In this document: piece after piece, positions 15,631-25,091 of the stretch
How positions within the stretch are numbered: the stretch's first letter is position 1
How the letters are laid out: each line of letters opens with the position of its first letter
Assembly (NCBI GenBank): GCA_963704825.1
Contig: CAVPHV010000017.1
Location: 359,325 to 423,324, forward strand
Length of the DNA stretch: 64,000 bases
Direction of reading: 5' to 3'
Source of the DNA: an uncultured Acidimicrobiia bacterium
Lineage (GTDB): Bacteria; Actinomycetota; Acidimicrobiia; Spongiisociales; UBA5794
Program-made: the position numbers and the translations under genes
Notes under the pieces: model-generated
Database searches by the model: none
What the model saw: the letters and a program-made list of their open reading frames with translations, nothing else
What the model was told of the DNA's origin: nothing

Positions 15631-17607
15631 ATGGAGGACGCGCGAGCGGTGGCCGCAGAGACGAAGACCGACGCTTCCGAGCCCGTACAGTCTGTGGCGG
15701 TATCTGGGTACTCCGGAGCAGCCCGCGCCCACATCTTTGTAGCGCTCGGCTCGCTCTTTGCCGGCGTCATGCTTGCCCTGGTTGCCGTGACGCAACTGGT
15801 CCTTCCCGATGTGTTCTCCGGCGTCGGCATGCTGAGCTACGGCAGGGTGCTTCCCGCTGCGACCAACGTTCTCGTCTACGGCTGGCTGACGGTTGGATTG
15901 ATCGGCGCCGCCTACTACATCGTTTCCGAGGTCGCCGGAGTCAAACTCCAGTTCGAGCCGCTCGCCCGAGTGGGCGCTCTGTTGCTCGCCATCGGTGTCA
16001 TCGCCGGCGCCGGCGGGATCGCACTCGGTTGGAGTGAGGGACGCACCTACGTCGAGATGCCGCTGTGGGCGGACTTCTTCGTTCTCCTCGGCTTGCTGAT
16101 CGCGGTGCGGGTCATCACCGCAACCATCTCCGATCGCACCAACCGCGAGATGGGTCCGGCCCTGTGGTTCCTCGGCGCCGCACCACTGTGGCTGTTGTTT
16201 GCCTTCGTGGTCGGCAACATCCCCGGCCTGGTCGGGATGAACAGCGTCATCCAGACCGCCTTCTACCGCGGCGCCCTTGCCGGGCTCTGGTTGTCGGTAG
16301 CCGGCTTCGGGATCGTGTACTACCTCATACCGAAGGTGACCGGCCGCGGACCGGCCAAGCCGACCAAGCTCGCGGTCATGGGTTTCTGGTCGCTCGGGTT
16401 CGTCTGGGCGTTTGCCGGAGCCGCCAACCTCACGTACACCCCGGCCCCCGGCTGGCTGCAGACCATCGGTGTCGTGTTCTCGATCGCGCTCTTCCTTCCG
16501 CTCGCCATGCTGTTCACAGATCTGGTTGGTCTGATGCGTGGCCGCTGGGGTCGGGCACGCGACCGGATGACGATGCGCTTCATCGGGGCGGGAGCAATCC
16601 TGTTGCTGGTGACGGCGGTCATCAACCTGCTCCAGGCGCTGCGGGCATCGAACGCCGTTGTCGGCTACACCATCTGGGGTGCCGCCTTCGAGTACGCCAC
16701 GTTCTACGGGGCATTCACGCTGTGGCTGGCCGCCTTCATCTACGCCGCGGCCGGTGATCTGCTCGGAGGTGTCTTCAAGCCTTCGGTGGCGAGAGGGCAC
16801 TACCGCCTCACGACGTTCTCGATCACCGTCATCCTGGCGACGACGCTGATCGGAGGCCTGCAAACCGGGTTCTTGTGGATCGCCGACGCCAACAGTCCCG
16901 AAAGTACCGTGGCTTACGGGCCAGGGTGGAAGGCCGTCGTTGAATCGCTTCAGCCGCACTACTGGATCTTGTTCCTGGCGATGGTTCTGTTTGTCTTCGC
17001 TCAGGTCCGCTTTGTCGCCGGCGGGGTCGCCGCGGCCATCAACGCGAGACCGGCGGAGCCGGAGACGGCCGACCACGACGACCTCGAAGGACCCGACCTC
17101 GCGGATGCCGGCTGGATGGCGACCAACGGAGTGTCCGCCCGCCACCTGTGGCTCGGGTCGACTGGTCTCCTTGTGCTGGCGGCCCTGCTGGTGGTGCTGC
17201 TGCCCTCGCTCGAGGCTTCTCACGTGGACGGGACCATCCTCTCGGACCGCTCCCGCAACTACCGCTCCGATGACTTCTTGGAGCGCGGCCGCGGGTTGTA
17301 CCTGGCCGAGGGGTGCTGGTACTGCCACACCCAGGACGTCCGGCCCATCGTCACGGACGTGGAATTGGGTGCGGTCAGCCAGCCCGGCGATTACGCAAAT
17401 GAGGTTCCGGCCTTGCTCGGCACGGCTCGGGTGGGACCCGACCTGATGCACGCCGCGACCCGGGAGGAAGCCGGTTCGAGCGCGTTCCTTTTTGATCACT
17501 TGACCGACCCGCGGGTCGACCGCCCCTGGTCGATCATGCCGAGTTATGACTACCTGTCGGAGAACGACCGGTTGGCCCTCGCCGCCTACATCACGAGTCT
17601 GGACTGA
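15631..17607 (+). CDS. cbb3-type oxidase subunit I (CcoN)-like 12-TM domain lacking all canonical haem/CuB histidine ligands, fused to a CcoO/FixO-like monohaem cytochrome c domain.
   Basis: Block-wise similarity to CcoN as I remember it: [34 protein letters not shown] vs [53 protein letters not shown] vs [33 protein letters not shown] vs GPHHLHYT. The C-terminus [22 protein letters not shown]...VGPDL...IMPSYDYL matches the CcoO haem-c site. Confidence 0.75.
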   Translation: [658 protein letters not shown]

Positions 17608-17610
17608 GCG

Positions 17611-18483
17611 ATGGAAGATCAGATCCAAAGAGTTGCCGAACAAACCGGGGTCCCTAGTGGCCTGTTACAACGCGCCGCCGCCGCCCGCGCCACCGCGGCA
17701 GGCACCTCGACCGAGGTCATCGTGGCGAAGTGGGCCGGCGAGGACGCGGCAGCTCCGGCAGCAGCCACGGCCGCTCCCGCTCCGGCCGCGCCGCCGGTCG
17801 CTCCGGCCCCGGCGCAGCCGCCGGCAGACAGTTCGACGCCGGCAGTTGAGGTGCTTGAACCGGTCGCCGCGGCTCCCAGCACGGTCGGAGCGGATGCGTC
17901 GGAACCTGAACCGGAGCCCGAGCCTGCAGCCGCAGGCGGGTTCCCCAAGTGGCTGGCCGCCGCCTTCATTGTGATCCCTGCCATTGCGCTGTTCTATGCC
18001 CTGCTCTTCCCGAATGGTCCTGACTGCGGTTCGGCCGGTCAGTTGGCCGTCGATCCCGGCACCGGTGTCGCCGTGAACTGTGACGGCAGCGCGTTCGGGT
18101 CCGAGGAGTTCAGCTACTTCGGCACCGGCGAGGTCATCTACGCCGAACGGTGTGCCGCGTGCCATGGTGCCAACGGCGCCGGTGGCGCCAACTTTCCCGC
18201 TCTGGCCGGTGGGGCCGTGGTTGCGACCTTTGGCTCCTGCACCGATCACGTTGCGTGGGTTGGGTTGGGAACGGCCGGATTCCAGGAAGCCGGCATCGCC
18301 ACCTACGGCGACAGTGAGAAACCCGTGGGCGGCGCCGGGGTTCCCATGCCGGGCTTTGAGGGTGTCATCTCCGAGCAAGATCTGATTGCGGTCGCCCTCT
18401 ACGAGCGAGTCGCCTTCGGCGGCGAGGATCTTGCGGTTGCTGAGGAACTCTGCGTCGGCCAAGAGGCCGTGGCTTCTCCGTAG
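17611..18483 (+). CDS. Membrane-anchored monohaem cytochrome c (CcoP-like) with an N-terminal motif related to the subunit-IV repeats.
   Basis: CAACHGANGAGG (CxxCH) with flanking FPALAGG as in CcoP. Central TM FPKWLAAAFIVIPAIALFYALLF. The N-terminal LLQRAAAARATAAGTSTEVIVAKWAGE resembles LLRRSAEARAKAEGRSVDEVLAEMKGE. ATG is 4 nt after the upstream stop. Confidence 0.7.
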   Translation: MEDQIQRVAEQTGVPSGLLQRAAAARATAAGTSTEVIVAKWAGEDAAAPAAATAAPAPAAPPVAPAPAQPPADSSTPAVEVLEPVAAAPSTVGADASEPEPEPEPAAAGGFPKWLAAAFIVIPAIALFYALLFPNGPDCGSAGQLAVDPGTGVAVNCDGSAFGSEEFSYFGTGEVIYAERCAACHGANGAGGANFPALAGGAVVATFGSCTDHVAWVGLGTAGFQEAGIATYGDSEKPVGGAGVPMPGFEGVISEQDLIAVALYERVAFGGEDLAVAEELCVGQEAVASP

Positions 18484-18511
18484 TCTCGGCGCGCTCGGTA
18501 CGCTCCCTGCC

Positions 18512-19774
18512 ATGACTTCACCGGATGTACTGGTTGTCGGCGGCGGCCCCGCCGGGGCCTCTGCCGCCTATTGGATGGCGCAGCGTGGGGTGTCCGTCCT
18601 GGTCGTCGAGAAGAAGACCTACCCGCGTGAGAAGACCTGCGGTGACGGGCTGACCCCGCGGGCGGTCAAGCAACTGATCGACATGGGGTTCGATTTCGAC
18701 ATTCCCGAACTCCATCGGATCGACGGGCTGCGCGCCTACGCCGGTGACCTGATGCTGGAGCTGCCCTGGCCGGAGCGCACCACCTATCCATCGTGGGGCG
18801 CCGTCATCCGCCGTGCCGACCTCGATGGGCGGGTCGCCATGCTCGCCGAAAAGCAGGGGGCGGTGATTCAGCAGGGGACCGAGGCCACGGCCATTGTCGA
18901 CGACGGCAGACTGGTCGCGGTCGACCTGAAGGTCGGCAACGGCTCGGGAGAGTCAGAGATCACCCGGGTCACGCCCCGGCTGGTTGTCATCGCCGATGGG
19001 TCGCTGTCGCGTTTCGGGCGAAAGCTCGGCACGGCGCGACGTCGCGACTACCCATACGGTCTTGCCGTGCGCGCCTACTACTCGAGCCCCAACTCGGGCG
19101 ATCGATTCCTCGAGAGCCAGCTCAACATCACCGACCGCAACGGCCGTCACATGCCGGGGTACGGCTGGATCTTCCCGCTCGGCGACGGCACCATCAACAT
19201 CGGCGCCGGAGCCCTTTCCACCTTCAAGGGGTGGAAAGACCTCAATACGACCGAACTCCTCGAGGCTTATGTATCCGGCCTGCCATCGCGTTGGGAGGTC
19301 ACGGCGGCGTCGCTGCTCACCGAGCCGACCGGGGGCAAGCTGCCGATGGCCTTCTCGATCGGACCCAAGGTCGGTCCGAATTGGGTTGTGGTCGGAGACG
19401 CGTCAGGGGCGGTCAATCCCTTCAACGGCGAAGGAATCGACTACGCCTACGAGACGGGACGCCTGGCCGCCGGCTATGTCGCCGACGCTCTGGCGACGGG
19501 CGACAGTGGACCCCTCTACGGCTACGCCCAAGCGATCGAGCAGGAATACGGCGATTACCACAAGGTCGCCAGGATCTTTGCGCTGGCGATCGGGAACCCG
19601 GCCGTGATCAAGACCCTCACCCAGGTGGGAATGCGTTCCCGTCCACTGATGGAGTGGGTACTGAAGGTCATGGCCAACCTGCTCGAACCGGAGGAGCGCG
19701 GGATGACCGAGCGGGTCTACGGAGCCATTGAACGGGTCGTCAAGATCGCCCCCGAGCCCAACCGATCTCGGTAA
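18512..19774 (+). CDS. FAD-dependent geranylgeranyl reductase-family oxidoreductase (candidate menaquinone/isoprenoid side-chain reductase, MenJ-like).
   Basis: Start at internal ATG 18512 (MTSPDVLVVGGGPAGASAAYWMAQRGVSVLVVEKK: GxGxxG FAD fold). ...TCGDGL... and GDASGAVNPFNGEGI are typical of the GGR family. Confidence 0.8.
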   Translation: MTSPDVLVVGGGPAGASAAYWMAQRGVSVLVVEKKTYPREKTCGDGLTPRAVKQLIDMGFDFDIPELHRIDGLRAYAGDLMLELPWPERTTYPSWGAVIRRADLDGRVAMLAEKQGAVIQQGTEATAIVDDGRLVAVDLKVGNGSGESEITRVTPRLVVIADGSLSRFGRKLGTARRRDYPYGLAVRAYYSSPNSGDRFLESQLNITDRNGRHMPGYGWIFPLGDGTINIGAGALSTFKGWKDLNTTELLEAYVSGLPSRWEVTAASLLTEPTGGKLPMAFSIGPKVGPNWVVVGDASGAVNPFNGEGIDYAYETGRLAAGYVADALATGDSGPLYGYAQAIEQEYGDYHKVARIFALAIGNPAVIKTLTQVGMRSRPLMEWVLKVMANLLEPEERGMTERVYGAIERVVKIAPEPNRSR

Positions 19775-19803
19775 CCGGTGCCTCATCCCGTTAGGCTTGG
19801 GGG

Positions 19804-22800
19804 GTGACGACGTCGGGGGATTTCAGCGAAGTCGATCTTGACCAGTTGGTCGAGCAGATCGTCGCTGCCGATGAGGTGGCGAGTGATGTGCTGGCGGCGT
19901 TCGCCCGGGCCTATCTGAGCCGAGTCCCGCAGGAGCGTCTCGCCGCCTGGCCGCCGGACGAGCTTGGGGCTCACGTTCGCCACCTCTTTGAATTCGCCGC
20001 CGACCGCCGCGGCGACGACGTCGAGGTTCGTGTCTTCAACCCAACCGTCGAGACCGCCGGCTATGCGCTGAGCGGAGCCGTCGTCGAGGTGGCGGCGCCG
20101 GACATGGCGTTCCTGGTGGACTCGATCACCAACGAGATCCAGTCGCACGGTTTCAACGTCGAACGTGTCGTCCATCCCGTGGTCGGCACCGGACGCGACG
20201 CCACCGGGCGCTTGGTCGAGATCAGGCCGGCCCGCACCTCGATGTTGCGCGAGTCGATCCAGCACTACGAGCTGAGCCGGCCGATCGGGGAGCACGACGC
20301 TGCGGAATTGGAGACAGGCGTGCGGCGGGTGTTGCTCGACGTCGCTCGCGCCGTTGACGACTTCGAGCCGATGCAGGGCGCCATCTACCGCATGATCAAG
20401 GTGACTCGGGACGGTGCGGCCCGCTATTCGAAAGAGGAGATCGATGAGGATGTTGCCTTTCTCGAATGGCTGCTCGACCTCAACTTCGTGTTCCTGGGCT
20501 ACCGCGAGTATCGGATCGCACCGGGGGTGACCGAACCCGAGTTGTCGGTGGTTCCGGGTTCCGGTCTCGGCATCCTGCGCGACGACACCGAGTCGGGTTT
20601 TGCATCGCCGGTTCCGATGTCTGAGGTACGGCCCTCGCTGCGGGCCCGGTACGAGAGCGGCGATCTGCTGGTGATCAGCAAGACGAACTCGCCATCCCGG
20701 GTCCACCGCAATGCGAAGATGGACTACGTCGGCGTCCGGCACGTTGGACCCGACGGGACCGTGATCGGCGAAGCGCGGATGGTCGGCCTGTTCACCTCGA
20801 AGGCGTATATGGCGGCGGCCGATTCGATCCCGCTGCTGCACCGCAAGCTCACCCAGATCATCGAGGCGGAGGACTTGATCGAGGGCTCGCACTCCTACAA
20901 GGAGGTCGTCGGGCTCTTCAACAGCTTCCCCAAGGACGAATTGTTCACCACACCGACGCCCGACATTCGGCGCAGCATTGTCGGTCTGCTCCAACTTCAA
21001 GAGCAGCGCCACGTCCGGCTCTTTGTACGGCGCGATCTGCTGCGGCGCAGCGCGTCGGTGCTGGTGGTGATGCCACGAGACAGGTTCAACGCCGCCCTGC
21101 GTCACCGGCTCCAGGCCCTGTTGCTTGAGCGGTTCGGCGGGACCTCCATCGACTACCGATTGTCGCTCGGCGACGCCGATACGGCCCGGCTGCACTTCAC
21201 GGTATGGGTTGCCGGAGGAGAGGTTCCCGACGTGTCAATCGAGGTTCTCGAGGCAGAGGTCGTTGCCGAGGCACAGACCTGGGAGGAGCGCCTCGCCGGA
21301 GAGGTCGATGCCCGCTACGGCTCCGAACGCGGTCGGGCGTTGCTCGACGAGTGGGCCGGCAAGTTTCCCGATCACTACCGGGCATCCATCCCGTTGTCGA
21401 TTGCAGCCGGTGACCTCGGCAAACTCGACGAACTGGTAGCCGGCTCAGGGAGGGCGGTTGTCGGACTTCAGAACGAACCTGGGCCGGGCGAGCAGCTCAC
21501 CCGGCTCGCCGTGTATCGCTCAGACGGCAAGTTGGAACTCTCTGCCATCATGCCGACCCTCGAGGCGCTCGGGCTTCGGGTGGTCGAAGAAGTGCCCACG
21601 CGGCTCCGCGGCGGGGACGGCGGGCTCTTCATCCACGACTTCGGGGTGCTCGACCTCGATGGAGCCATGCTCGACCTCGACGATGTCGCCGACCGGGTGG
21701 CCGACACTGTGGTTGCGGTTCTCGCGGGTCAAGCCGAATCCGATTCTCTCAACCGGTTGATCATCAGCGCCGGACTCGACCATCGCCAAGTGACGATCCT
21801 GCGGGCCTATCGCACCTACTGGCGGCGGGTCAGTCCAGGATTCACGGTTGAGTACATCAACGACGCCTTTGCCGCCCATCCCGAGATCGCCGCGGATCTG
21901 GTCGAGTTGTTCGCCACTCGCTTCGACCCCGGGCTCGGCGAGGCAGAAGAGGCTCCTACCCTGGCTCGGATCCTTTTCGAGTTGGACCAGGTCTCCAGCC
22001 TCGACGAGGACCGCATTCTGCGCGGCTTTCTGGGACTCGTGCTCGCCACCAAGCGGACCAATGTGTACCTGCCCGGCGCCGACAGCCTCAGCTTCAAGTT
22101 CCGTTCGAGCGAGGTGCCGGCCATGCCGGAGCCGGCTCCGCTGTTCGAGATCTTCGTTTACGCCGGCGAGGTCGAAGGCATCCACCTGCGGGGCGGACGG
22201 GTGGCTCGTGGTGGTATCCGCTGGTCGACCCGCAAAGAGGACTACCGCACAGAGGTGCTCGGGCTGATGAAGGCGCAGATGACCAAGAACGCCGTCATCG
22301 TTCCCACCGGATCAAAGGGCGGCTTTGTGCTGCGTCGGCCGCCGGCGGATCCGGCCGAACTGCGCGACGCGGTGCTCGCCGGCTACATGATTTTCATCCG
22401 CGGGTTGCTGGACGTCACCGACAACCTGGTGGAAGGGACGGCGGTGCATCCCGCCGGAGTTCGAATCCATGATGACGGCGATCCTTACTTGGTGGTTGCG
22501 GCCGACAAGGGCACCGCCACGTTCTCCGACACCGCTAACGAGATCGCCGCGGCCTACGACTTCTGGCTGGGCGATGCGTTCGCGTCCGGCGGTTCGGCCG
22601 GATACGACCACAAGGCCCTCGGCATCACGGCTCGGGGCGCATGGGAGTCGGTCAAGTGGCACTTCCGCGAACTGGGTATCGACATCATGCACGAGCCCTT
22701 CACCGTGGTCGGCATCGGCGACATGTCGGGTGATGTCTTTGGAAACGGGATGCTGTTGTCACCACACATCCGGCTCGTCGCCGCCTTCGATCACCGCCAC

Positions 22801-24588
22801 ATCTTCATCGACCCCGATCCCGATCCGGCGACGTCCTTCGCCGAACGCCGCCGGATGTTCGCTCTGCAAAGGTCGAGTTGGGAGGACTACGACGACTCGC
22901 TGATCTCGGCCGGGGGCGGGGTGTTCTCTCGCACCGCAAAACGGATCGACCTGACCGATGAGATACGGCTGGCTCTCGGCACCAACGCCCACCAGCTGAC
23001 ACCCGACGAGCTGATCCAGGCCATTCTGAGAGCACCGATTGACTTGCTGTGGAACGGCGGCATCGGAACGTACGTCAAGGCAGCCGCCGAGACCAGCGAG
23101 CAGGTCGGAGACCGCGTCAACGATGCCTTGCGCGTCAACGGCTTCGAACTGCGTTGCAGGGTGATCGGAGAAGGCGGCAACCTCGGGCTGACTCAGCCGG
23201 GTCGCATCGAGTTCGCTCGCGGCGGCGGTCGGGTCAACACCGACTTCATCGACAACTCCGGCGGGGTCCATTGTTCGGACCGCGAGGTGAATCTGAAGAT
23301 CCTGCTGGGTTTGGCCGAGGTGCGCGGCGAGCTGGATCGCGGGGGACGCGACGCCCTCGTCACCGACGTCGTTGACGATGTGGTCTCCGCCATCGTCTAC
23401 GACAATTTCCTCCAGGCGCAGATCATGGCCCAGGAGGTCCACGGCTCGGCTCAATCCCTCGAGGCGTACGAGGATCTGATGTCGCTGTTGGAGAGCGAGG
23501 GAGCACTCGATCGTCGCATTGAGCGGTTGCCCACCACCGAAGAGATGAGCGAGCGGGCTCGCCTCGGCGAAGGAATGCCCGCCCCGGAACTTGCCGTGCT
23601 GCTCGCCTATTCGAAGCGCAGTTTGCGCGACTGGCTGCTCGACTCGGAGTTGCCGGATTGGGACGACTTCAGCGATGAAGCGCGTGGGTACTTCCCTGCC
23701 GAGGTTGTGCGCCGATTTGGTGATCTGATCCCCGAGCATCCACTGCGTCGTGAGCTGGTGGCGACCATCGTGGCCAACCGGGTCGTCAACTCGGAAGGGG
23801 CGACGTTCGTGACCCGGCTCATGGCCGAGACCGGGGCAGCCCCCGAGCAGGTGGTGCGGGCATATCACATCGCCAGGGGCGTCACCGACGCCCCCAATCG
23901 CTGGCGAGCCGTCGAGTCGCTGGTCGGCCGGGTCCCTGCCGAGGTCGAGCGTGATTTGTTGGAGGGAATCGACGGATTGGTCGAGAACATTGCTCGGTGG
24001 TACCTGACTAATCCGTCTGCCGAGTTCATGAGCGAGGTGACGGCGACCGCCAAACCGGCATTCGACGAGATGGCAGAGATCATTGCCGAGATCGGGCCGG
24101 CCCAGTGGCGGGCCGATCGTGACGCCGCAGTAGTCGTCTGGGCCGAGCAAGGCGTTCCCGCCGAGGTCGCCATCCGCCACGTCTACCAAGAGGAGTTGAT
24201 CCACGCTCCCGATGTGATCGTGGTGGCGCAGCGCACCGGGCGTTCGGTGCGCGACGTCGCCCAACTGTTCCTGCTCATCGGTCCGGTGTTCGAGATCGAC
24301 TGGCTCGAGGAGCAGGTCGCCGCGTTGCCCGCTGCCGGCCGCTGGCACCGCCGGGCCATCAAGACCGTCGAAGACGATCTTGTCCTGCTGCGGCGCCAAC
24401 TCGCCGAGCACATCCTGGCGGTCTCGGACGACGCCGTTCCACACGCCGCGCTCGACCACTACCTCGTTGAGCACACCCACGAACTCGGCCGCCTCACACG
24501 CTTCATGCGCTCTCTCGCCATCGATGGCGTGGACGACGTGGCCTCGGTGATCGTCGCCATCCGCCAAATCCGATCCCTGGCCACCTGA
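19804..24588 (+). CDS. gdh: NAD-specific glutamate dehydrogenase, large (about 180 kDa) bacterial type (Bac_GDH, PF05088).
   Basis: 1594 aa. Catalytic core motifs PTGSKGGFVL, VVAADKGTATFSD, GGSAGYDHKALGITARGAWESV, GDMSGDVFGNGML and NSGGVHCSDREVNLKIL. Confidence 0.9.
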   Translation: MTTSGDFSEVDLDQLVEQIVAADEVASDVLAAFARAYLSRVPQERLAAWPPDELGAHVRHLFEFAADRRGDDVEVRVFNPTVETAGYALSGAVVEVAAPDMAFLVDSITNEIQSHGFNVERVVHPVVGTGRDATGRLVEIRPARTSMLRESIQHYELSRPIGEHDAAELETGVRRVLLDVARAVDDFEPMQGAIYRMIKVTRDGAARYSKEEIDEDVAFLEWLLDLNFVFLGYREYRIAPGVTEPELSVVPGSGLGILRDDTESGFASPVPMSEVRPSLRARYESGDLLVISKTNSPSRVHRNAKMDYVGVRHVGPDGTVIGEARMVGLFTSKAYMAAADSIPLLHRKLTQIIEAEDLIEGSHSYKEVVGLFNSFPKDELFTTPTPDIRRSIVGLLQLQEQRHVRLFVRRDLLRRSASVLVVMPRDRFNAALRHRLQALLLERFGGTSIDYRLSLGDADTARLHFTVWVAGGEVPDVSIEVLEAEVVAEAQTWEERLAGEVDARYGSERGRALLDEWAGKFPDHYRASIPLSIAAGDLGKLDELVAGSGRAVVGLQNEPGPGEQLTRLAVYRSDGKLELSAIMPTLEALGLRVVEEVPTRLRGGDGGLFIHDFGVLDLDGAMLDLDDVADRVADTVVAVLAGQAESDSLNRLIISAGLDHRQVTILRAYRTYWRRVSPGFTVEYINDAFAAHPEIAADLVELFATRFDPGLGEAEEAPTLARILFELDQVSSLDEDRILRGFLGLVLATKRTNVYLPGADSLSFKFRSSEVPAMPEPAPLFEIFVYAGEVEGIHLRGGRVARGGIRWSTRKEDYRTEVLGLMKAQMTKNAVIVPTGSKGGFVLRRPPADPAELRDAVLAGYMIFIRGLLDVTDNLVEGTAVHPAGVRIHDDGDPYLVVAADKGTATFSDTANEIAAAYDFWLGDAFASGGSAGYDHKALGITARGAWESVKWHFRELGIDIMHEPFTVVGIGDMSGDVFGNGMLLSPHIRLVAAFDHRHIFIDPDPDPATSFAERRRMFALQRSSWEDYDDSLISAGGGVFSRTAKRIDLTDEIRLALGTNAHQLTPDELIQAILRAPIDLLWNGGIGTYVKAAAETSEQVGDRVNDALRVNGFELRCRVIGEGGNLGLTQPGRIEFARGGGRVNTDFIDNSGGVHCSDREVNLKILLGLAEVRGELDRGGRDALVTDVVDDVVSAIVYDNFLQAQIMAQEVHGSAQSLEAYEDLMSLLESEGALDRRIERLPTTEEMSERARLGEGMPAPELAVLLAYSKRSLRDWLLDSELPDWDDFSDEARGYFPAEVVRRFGDLIPEHPLRRELVATIVANRVVNSEGATFVTRLMAETGAAPEQVVRAYHIARGVTDAPNRWRAVESLVGRVPAEVERDLLEGIDGLVENIARWYLTNPSAEFMSEVTATAKPAFDEMAEIIAEIGPAQWRADRDAAVVVWAEQGVPAEVAIRHVYQEELIHAPDVIVVAQRTGRSVRDVAQLFLLIGPVFEIDWLEEQVAALPAAGRWHRRAIKTVEDDLVLLRRQLAEHILAVSDDAVPHAALDHYLVEHTHELGRLTRFMRSLAIDGVDDVASVIVAIRQIRSLAT

Positions 24589-24606
24589 GCACCCGGCCTC
24601 GCTAGC

Positions 24607-24635
24607 TTGGACACCATCACCACGACCCCTAATCT
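24607..24635 (+). promoter_or_regulatory. Candidate sigma-70-type promoter of the nuoA-N operon: -35 TTGGAC, 17-nt spacer, -10 TAATCT; AGAGG SD 11 nt upstream of the nuoA GTG.
   Basis: Read directly in the 71-nt gdh-nuoA intergenic region. Sequence-only prediction. Confidence 0.3.
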
Positions 24636-24659
24636 CCCGACCCAGAGGTTCTCCACCAC

Positions 24660-25091
24660 GTGACGCTTGCTGCCTACCTACCAATCGCGCTCATGTTCCT
24701 GCTGGGAACAGGATTCGCCGCGGTCATGATGTGGTTCTCCTGGCTGATTGCGCCGAACAACCCGACTCCGGAGAAGCTGGCCCCGTACGAGTGTGGGATC
24801 GTGCCGCTCCAAGAGCCGGCAGAACGCTTCCCGGTCAAGTTCTATCTGGTTGCGATGTTGTTTGTGATCTTCGACGTCGAGATCATCTTCCTCTTTGCCT
24901 GGGCGGTCAGATTCGACCAGTTCGGGTGGCCCGGCGTCCTCGCCGTCGGCATCTTCATCGCCCTCCTGGCCGAGACCCTGGTCTATGCCTGGAAGCGTGG
25001 CGCGCTCGACTGGAACGTGGCGCGCCGCGAACGCTACCGCCGCGAAGTTGTTCGGGGTGACACGAAGTCCGTGGTGGAGGACGCCGCCTGA
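24660..25091 (+). CDS. nuoA: NADH-quinone oxidoreductase subunit A (with a roughly 25-aa C-terminal extension), GTG start.
   Basis: [10 protein letters not shown]...[22 protein letters not shown] signature. First gene of the 14-gene operon. Confidence 0.9.
   Translation: MTLAAYLPIALMFLLGTGFAAVMMWFSWLIAPNNPTPEKLAPYECGIVPLQEPAERFPVKFYLVAMLFVIFDVEIIFLFAWAVRFDQFGWPGVLAVGIFIALLAETLVYAWKRGALDWNVARRERYRREVVRGDTKSVVEDAA

Noticed and set aside
15541-17643. 700-aa minus-strand ORF.
   Set aside because: It is antisense to the CcoN-like/CcoO fusion gene, which has strong family-level similarity. The 700-aa product is Arg/Gly/Asp-rich low complexity.
22759-24684. 641-aa minus-strand ORF (also 30259..31713, 36578..38371, 47722..49374, 53609..55444 and 5632..6555).
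   Set aside because: All are antisense or alternate-frame ORFs inside genes with clear homology (gdh, nuoG, nuoM, ABC permease, TadG-like, HMG-CoA lyase). Their products are compositionally biased with no motifs.
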